A DNA stretch of 64,000 nt, from assembly GCA_951406725.2 (NCBI GenBank), contig OX597815.1, forward strand, positions 133,796,001 to 133,860,000, given 5' to 3'. Below are positions 62,671 to 64,000 of the stretch, one piece after another. Below the pieces are notes generated by a model that was given only the letters and a program-made list of their open reading frames with translations, was not told the DNA's origin and did not search any database. Position 1 is the first letter of the stretch. Each line of letters opens with the position of its first letter. A program made the translations under genes and the position numbers. The stretch is from Octopus vulgaris (Eukaryota).

Positions 62671-63190
62671 AAGAATGCAAATTTAAACACAGCCTAATAG
62701 CAGACCCAGTTTACAAAAAATTAATTTGGTAAAAATGTGGCAAAAAGAACATAAATTAGAAAAAAAAATACATTTCAGGTAGTTCTGTTGATAAAGTCTG
62801 TGAAGTTAATTTGTTACGTAAACTAATGGACTCATATTAATAGTAATTTAAAAAAAAGATTCTGTGGCACTCATGCCTTTCTTAAAAACTCTCAACATAT
62901 AAATTGACTATTATCATTTCTAGCATGTTGAGAAATCACATAAAAGTCGCAATTTCCAACATTTTCCTTTCCTACATACCTAAGACTTTATGTCTGTGTA
63001 TCTGCTATATACCTCATATATTCTTCATAGAACTTCTTCCTGCATGATAATTATTAGTGACAGAGGCAGTATTAATACCAAAGGACAATCTTTACAACCA
63101 GTTTAATGTGGATGTGTGGCTGTTTTGCTAGGATGCCAAATATTGCAGTATTCACCTTGAGAGAACCTCTCATATGGATGCATGGTACAT

Positions 63191-63414
63191 AAAAGTACAC
63201 ACATTCTAACTATATGGGGTAGAACTTCTTCAGGGTTTTTATGAGCTTGTAGGGCTTAGGTTATCATTTTTGTAGGATGCATAGTGAGTTTATAAACTTT
63301 ATGCATGGAGAGTGATAAACTCTCCATGCATCCTTCAAAAATGATAACCTAAGCCCTACCAGCTCATAAAAATACTGAAGAAGTTCTACCCCATATAGTT
63401 AGAATGTGACTTTT
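63191..63414. repeat. ~220-bp foldback with nested hairpins in its centre
   Basis: CACATTCTAACTATATGGGGTAGAACTTCTTCAG...AGGGCTTAGGTTATCATTTTTG pairs with CAAAAATGATAACCTAAGCCCT...CTGAAGAAGTTCTACCCCATATAGTTAGAATGTG. Confidence 0.9.
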
Positions 63415-63841
63415 TTTTTTAGCATTTAAACAAATGCTTAGAATTTCTAATTGACTAGGGGATAGCACAGAAACATATGTAGGTTTTTAAAATTCTTTTT
63501 GAGCTTTTACAACTTATAATCAGTTTATTTGTATTGTAATGTTTTTAAAAGAAAATTTTCAACATTTCTTTTAACATACAAGTAAATTTTTCATACATCC
63601 AATTCTCTTTATTTTCATTCCTTCAATATATATATATATATATATATATCGTCATCATCATCATTTACTATCTGCTTTCCATGCTGTCATGGGTTAGACG
63701 GTGCCTAAAGCCAGCTGGAGACGATGATCTCCTGGGGCTAAAAGCTTCAGTAACACCCACCCTTTGTGGTTAGCCATATTGAGATGGCTATTATACTTTA
63801 CATTGTCAAGCGGTTACTGTTTACATCTCATTTATTATTGC

Positions 63842-63874
<33 letters not shown>

Positions 63875-63875
63875 T

Positions 63876-63908
<33 letters not shown>

Positions 63909-64000
63909 TTATATATGTATGTATTTATATATGTATGTATTTATATATGTATGTATTTATATATATATATGTATATGTATATATATATATGTATATGTAT
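63842..64000. repeat. (TA)n / TATGTATT compound microsatellite running off the window
   Basis: Direct inspection. Confidence 0.9.

Overview
Eukaryotic, strongly AT-rich, microsatellite-dense, mostly non-coding DNA. The interspersed repeats (tRNA-headed SINEs, RTE LINE 3' ends with (GAT)n tails, TTAA-flanked MITEs) resemble those I recall from Octopus/coleoid cephalopod genomes, so the organism call is an inference. I found no intact host protein-coding gene, RNA gene or CRISPR array, and nearly all supplied ORFs are microsatellite or low-complexity artefacts. Supported transposon content: a broken Tc1 DD34E transposase (~14.9-15.8 kb, minus), a palindromic mariner-derived element made of two copies of the 3' end (28992-29530), a Helitron RepHel fragment missed by the ORF track (~32.76-33.05 kb, minus), a non-autonomous Helitron (45922-46313), several RTE fragments, three hAT-type MITEs with 8-bp target-site duplications, piggyBac-like MITEs and many SINEs. 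Other structure: several long foldback hairpins, two decayed Penelope-type hammerhead motifs, a possible Academ-like transposase relic near 62 kb, and a CpG-retaining domain (~11.1-22.3 kb) containing a candidate exon/promoter island at ~20.0-20.33 kb. I cannot support a genuinely new biological system. The best leads are the CpG domain with its island, the young palindromic MITE, the hammerhead-tailed SINE and the foldbacks. All alignments and translations were done by eye.
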